The notes beneath the pieces were generated by a model. The model worked only from the letters and a program-made list of their open reading frames with translations. It ran no database searches and was not told the origin of the DNA. The position numbers were made by a program, and so were the translations under genes. DNA of 46,685 nucleotides from Glaesserella sp. (GTDB lineage Bacteria > Pseudomonadota > Gammaproteobacteria > Enterobacterales > Pasteurellaceae): NCBI GenBank assembly GCA_041809245.1, contig JBGXMX010000194.1:1-46685 (forward strand). The letters are read 5' to 3'. Position 1 is the stretch's first letter. Every line of letters starts with the position of its first letter. Positions 44,369 through 46,685 of this stretch are shown piece after piece.

Positions 44369-44693
44369 AAAATAGCACTAGAAAAATTTCTCACCAATGA
44401 GTTTTATTTAAAAATGTGAACTAGATCACACCAACATAACAATCAAAATTTTAGTTTTGTGATATATATCACACTTTTATTTTAATGTTAAAAAATTATG
44501 TGATCTACATCACATTAGATTATTGACAAAGCATTTATAAGAGTGGTCATTAACCATGCGATAGCGCACGTTTTTAACGTGTGCTGAAACACATCATCAA
44601 ATGTTACAAAAGGCACTCGTTACAAACGAGCGCCATCATTGTTCAATGGGTTTACGTATGGTTTGTCATCGGTCTCATGTGATCTACATCACA
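44369..44693 (-). promoter_or_regulatory. mtlA promoter with four CRP sites
   Basis: TTGGTG-17-TATTTT with extended TG; perfect TGTGA-N6-TCACA at 44415, 44458, 44499 and 44678. Confidence 0.85.
44559..44638. repeat. Inverted doublet of imperfect palindromes (REP/REPIN-like)
   Basis: 44559-44585 matches the reverse complement of 44612-44638 at 21/27 positions. Confidence 0.7.
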
Positions 44694-44751
44694 TTTTATT
44701 ATCTAAAAACAGAAATGGGGTGGCGAGTAGGAATAGTTTGCCAAAGGAAAA

Positions 44752-44809
44752 ACAAGCGGTCATTTCATTCTAAAAATTTGCAAATTTTTTGGCTAAACCG
44801 ACCGCTTGT
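44752..44809. repeat. Inverted USS pair
   Basis: ACAAGCGGT (44752-44760) and ACCGCTTGT (44801-44809) sharing a central TTTGCAAA. Confidence 0.88.
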
Positions 44810-44839
44810 GTATTGAAAAAACAGTTAAACATAAAACTC

Positions 44840-44863
44840 AAACGCCCGAAAAATCGGGCGTTT
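44840..44863 (-). terminator. glmS terminator
   Basis: AAACGCCCGA-aaaa-TCGGGCGTTT hairpin 11 nt after the stop. Confidence 0.8.
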
Positions 44864-44874
44864 AGGCAAGGTTA

Positions 44875-46685
44875 TTATTCTACCGTTACGGCTTTCGCAA
44901 GATTACGCGGTTGATCCACGTCCGTACCTTTAATTAAAGCGATGTGGTAAGAAAGCAACTGTAACGGCACAGTATAGAAAATCGGTGCAGTCACTTCATC
45001 TACTTTCGGTAACACGATAGTTTTGAAGCCTTCATCATCACTAAAGCCTGCATCGTGATCGGCAAATACATATAACTGGCCGCCACGCGCACGTACTTCT
45101 TCAATATTTGATTTCACTTTTTCGAGTAAATCGTTTTCAGGTGCCACAACAATCACAGGCATATCGCTATCAATTAACGCTAATGGACCGTGTTTTAACT
45201 CACCGGCCGCATAGGCTTCGGCGTGAATATAAGAGATCTCTTTTAATTTCAACGCTGATTCCATTGCGATCGGATAGAACTCGCCACGACCTAAGAATAA
45301 CGTGTGATGTTTCTCCGCAAAATCTTCCGATAATTTTTCAATGGTTTTATCAAATACTAATGCGCTTTCAATTTGTGCCGGCAAACGTTGTAATGATTGA
45401 ACAATGTGGTGCTCTTGTTCTTCTGTCACATTGCCTTTTAAACGACCCAATGCCGCATTTAATAATAATAAACAGGTCAATTGGGTGGTAAATGCTTTGG
45501 TTGAAGCGACACCAATCTCTACGCCCGCACGAGTCATAAACGCAAAATCAGATTCACGTACAAGTGATGAACTTGCCACGTTACAGATCGTCATTGCCGC
45601 CATATAGCCTGACTCTTTCGCTAAACGTAACGCTGCTAAAGTATCCGCTGTTTCACCCGATTGTGAAAGCGTAATCAATAAGCTGTTCGGACGTGTTACA
45701 AACTTACGGTAACGGAATTCAGAGGCAATTTCCACATCACAGCTTACACCTGCGATGGATTCGAACCAATAGCGTGCTACCATACCCGCATTGTAAGAGG
45801 TACCACAGGCTACGATTTGCACGTGTTCTACTTTTTTCAAGATTTCAGCGGCATTTGGGCCAATTGCATCAATATTGACTTTACCGTTAACGATACGACC
45901 GTCTAAGGTATTCATAATTGCCACAGGCTGTTCAAAAATCTCTTTTTGCATATAGTGGCGATATTGACCTTTATCCGCCGCATCCGCTTCGAAGTTACCC
46001 TCGTGAATTTCACGTTCAACTTTGTCACCTTCACGGCTGTAAATATCTACGCTACGACGGGTAATTTCGGCTACATCCCCTTCTTCAAGGTAGATAAAAC
46101 GGCGGGTTACGCTTAATAGTGCAAGCGGGTCGGAAGCGAGGAAATTTTCACCCACACCTAAACCGATCACTAATGGGCTACCTGAACGAGCCACAACCAA
46201 ATGCTCCGGCTCGTCTTGGTTCATCACTACAGTACCGTATGCGCCACGCAGTTGTTTTACGGTTTTTTGTACCGCATCCAATAAGTTTTTCGCGGTACGA
46301 AATTCCCATTCGACTAAATGCGCAATCACTTCGGTATCCGTTTGAGATTGGAACACATAGCCACGTTGCTGTAATTCAGCACGAAGTTCTTCGTAGTTTT
46401 CAATAATACCGTTATGAACCACCGCAATTTTTCCTGAACGGTGCGGGTGCGCATTCACTTCCGACGGCTCACCGTGGGTTGCCCAACGGGTATGGGCGAT
46501 CCCTGTTCCGCCTAAAAGCGGGTTTTGCTCAATCGCATCATCTAACGCTTTAACTTTACCGACTCGGCGTACGATTTGCATATTATGATTGGCATCTAAA
46601 ACCGCTACACCGGCCGAGTCATAACCACGATATTCTAAACGGTGTAAACCATCGACTAAGATTTCTGCCACATCACGTTGTGCTA
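44875..46685 (-). CDS. glmS: Glutamine-fructose-6-phosphate aminotransferase, 5' end outside window
   Basis: [38 protein letters not shown]; frame stays open (AQRDV) to the window edge. Confidence 0.98.
   Translation of the reverse strand, partial: AQRDVAEILVDGLHRLEYRGYDSAGVAVLDANHNMQIVRRVGKVKALDDAIEQNPLLGGTGIAHTRWATHGEPSEVNAHPHRSGKIAVVHNGIIENYEELRAELQQRGYVFQSQTDTEVIAHLVEWEFRTAKNLLDAVQKTVKQLRGAYGTVVMNQDEPEHLVVARSGSPLVIGLGVGENFLASDPLALLSVTRRFIYLEEGDVAEITRRSVDIYSREGDKVEREIHEGNFEADAADKGQYRHYMQKEIFEQPVAIMNTLDGRIVNGKVNIDAIGPNAAEILKKVEHVQIVACGTSYNAGMVARYWFESIAGVSCDVEIASEFRYRKFVTRPNSLLITLSQSGETADTLAALRLAKESGYMAAMTICNVASSSLVRESDFAFMTRAGVEIGVASTKAFTTQLTCLLLLNAALGRLKGNVTEEQEHHIVQSLQRLPAQIESALVFDKTIEKLSEDFAEKHHTLFLGRGEFYPIAMESALKLKEISYIHAEAYAAGELKHGPLALIDSDMPVIVVAPENDLLEKVKSNIEEVRARGGQLYVFADHDAGFSDDEGFKTIVLPKVDEVTAPIFYTVPLQLLSYHIALIKGTDVDQPRNLAKAVTVE

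Noticed and set aside
44322-44560. MtlS-like antisense RNA to the mtlA leader, as in Vibrio cholerae
   Set aside because: The only plus-strand TTGACA (44523) lies beyond the leader and points away from it.
44415-44695. Repeats spaced about 42 bp as a CRISPR array
   Set aside because: They are CRP consensus sites with variable cores; irregular spacing and no cas genes.
44601-44816. 71 aa ORF between mtlA and glmS
   Set aside because: Overlaps the REP doublet, a CRP site and a USS pair; no RBS or motif.
46672-46685. GlmS apparently lacking its N-terminal catalytic Cys
   Set aside because: The frame is open to the window edge; truncation is an artefact, not a pseudogene.

Overview
Chromosomal window from a Pasteurellaceae bacterium of the Actinobacillus pleuropneumoniae/Mannheimia/Glaesserella-type clade, inferred from repeated ACAAGCGGT uptake signals (USS). 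Order: fucO, dnaK, an AT-rich membrane-protein gene, dnaJ; a complete ~14 kb 4-hydroxyphenylacetate catabolic cluster (hpaCB divergent from hpaA, TRAP transporter, split hpaG, hpaEDFHI, gabD; no hpaX or hpaR); rbsR-rbsDACBK; the atpIBEFHAGDC operon; an uncharacterised ATP-grasp ligase plus alpha/beta-hydrolase pair; a ChaA-type antiporter; rraA; rpsP-rimM-trmD-rplS; a phosphohexomutase; mtlADR; and glmS, whose 5' end is cut by the window edge. No RNA genes, CRISPR array, prophage or transposase were seen. The most interesting signals are the ATP-grasp/esterase module next to atpI, two nearly identical AraC-type promoters implying HpaA drives the whole hpa pathway, a REP doublet with a compensatory change inside a phased CRP array, and alternative hairpins in the dnaK leader. 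Gene calls rest on motif recognition by eye, not database searches.
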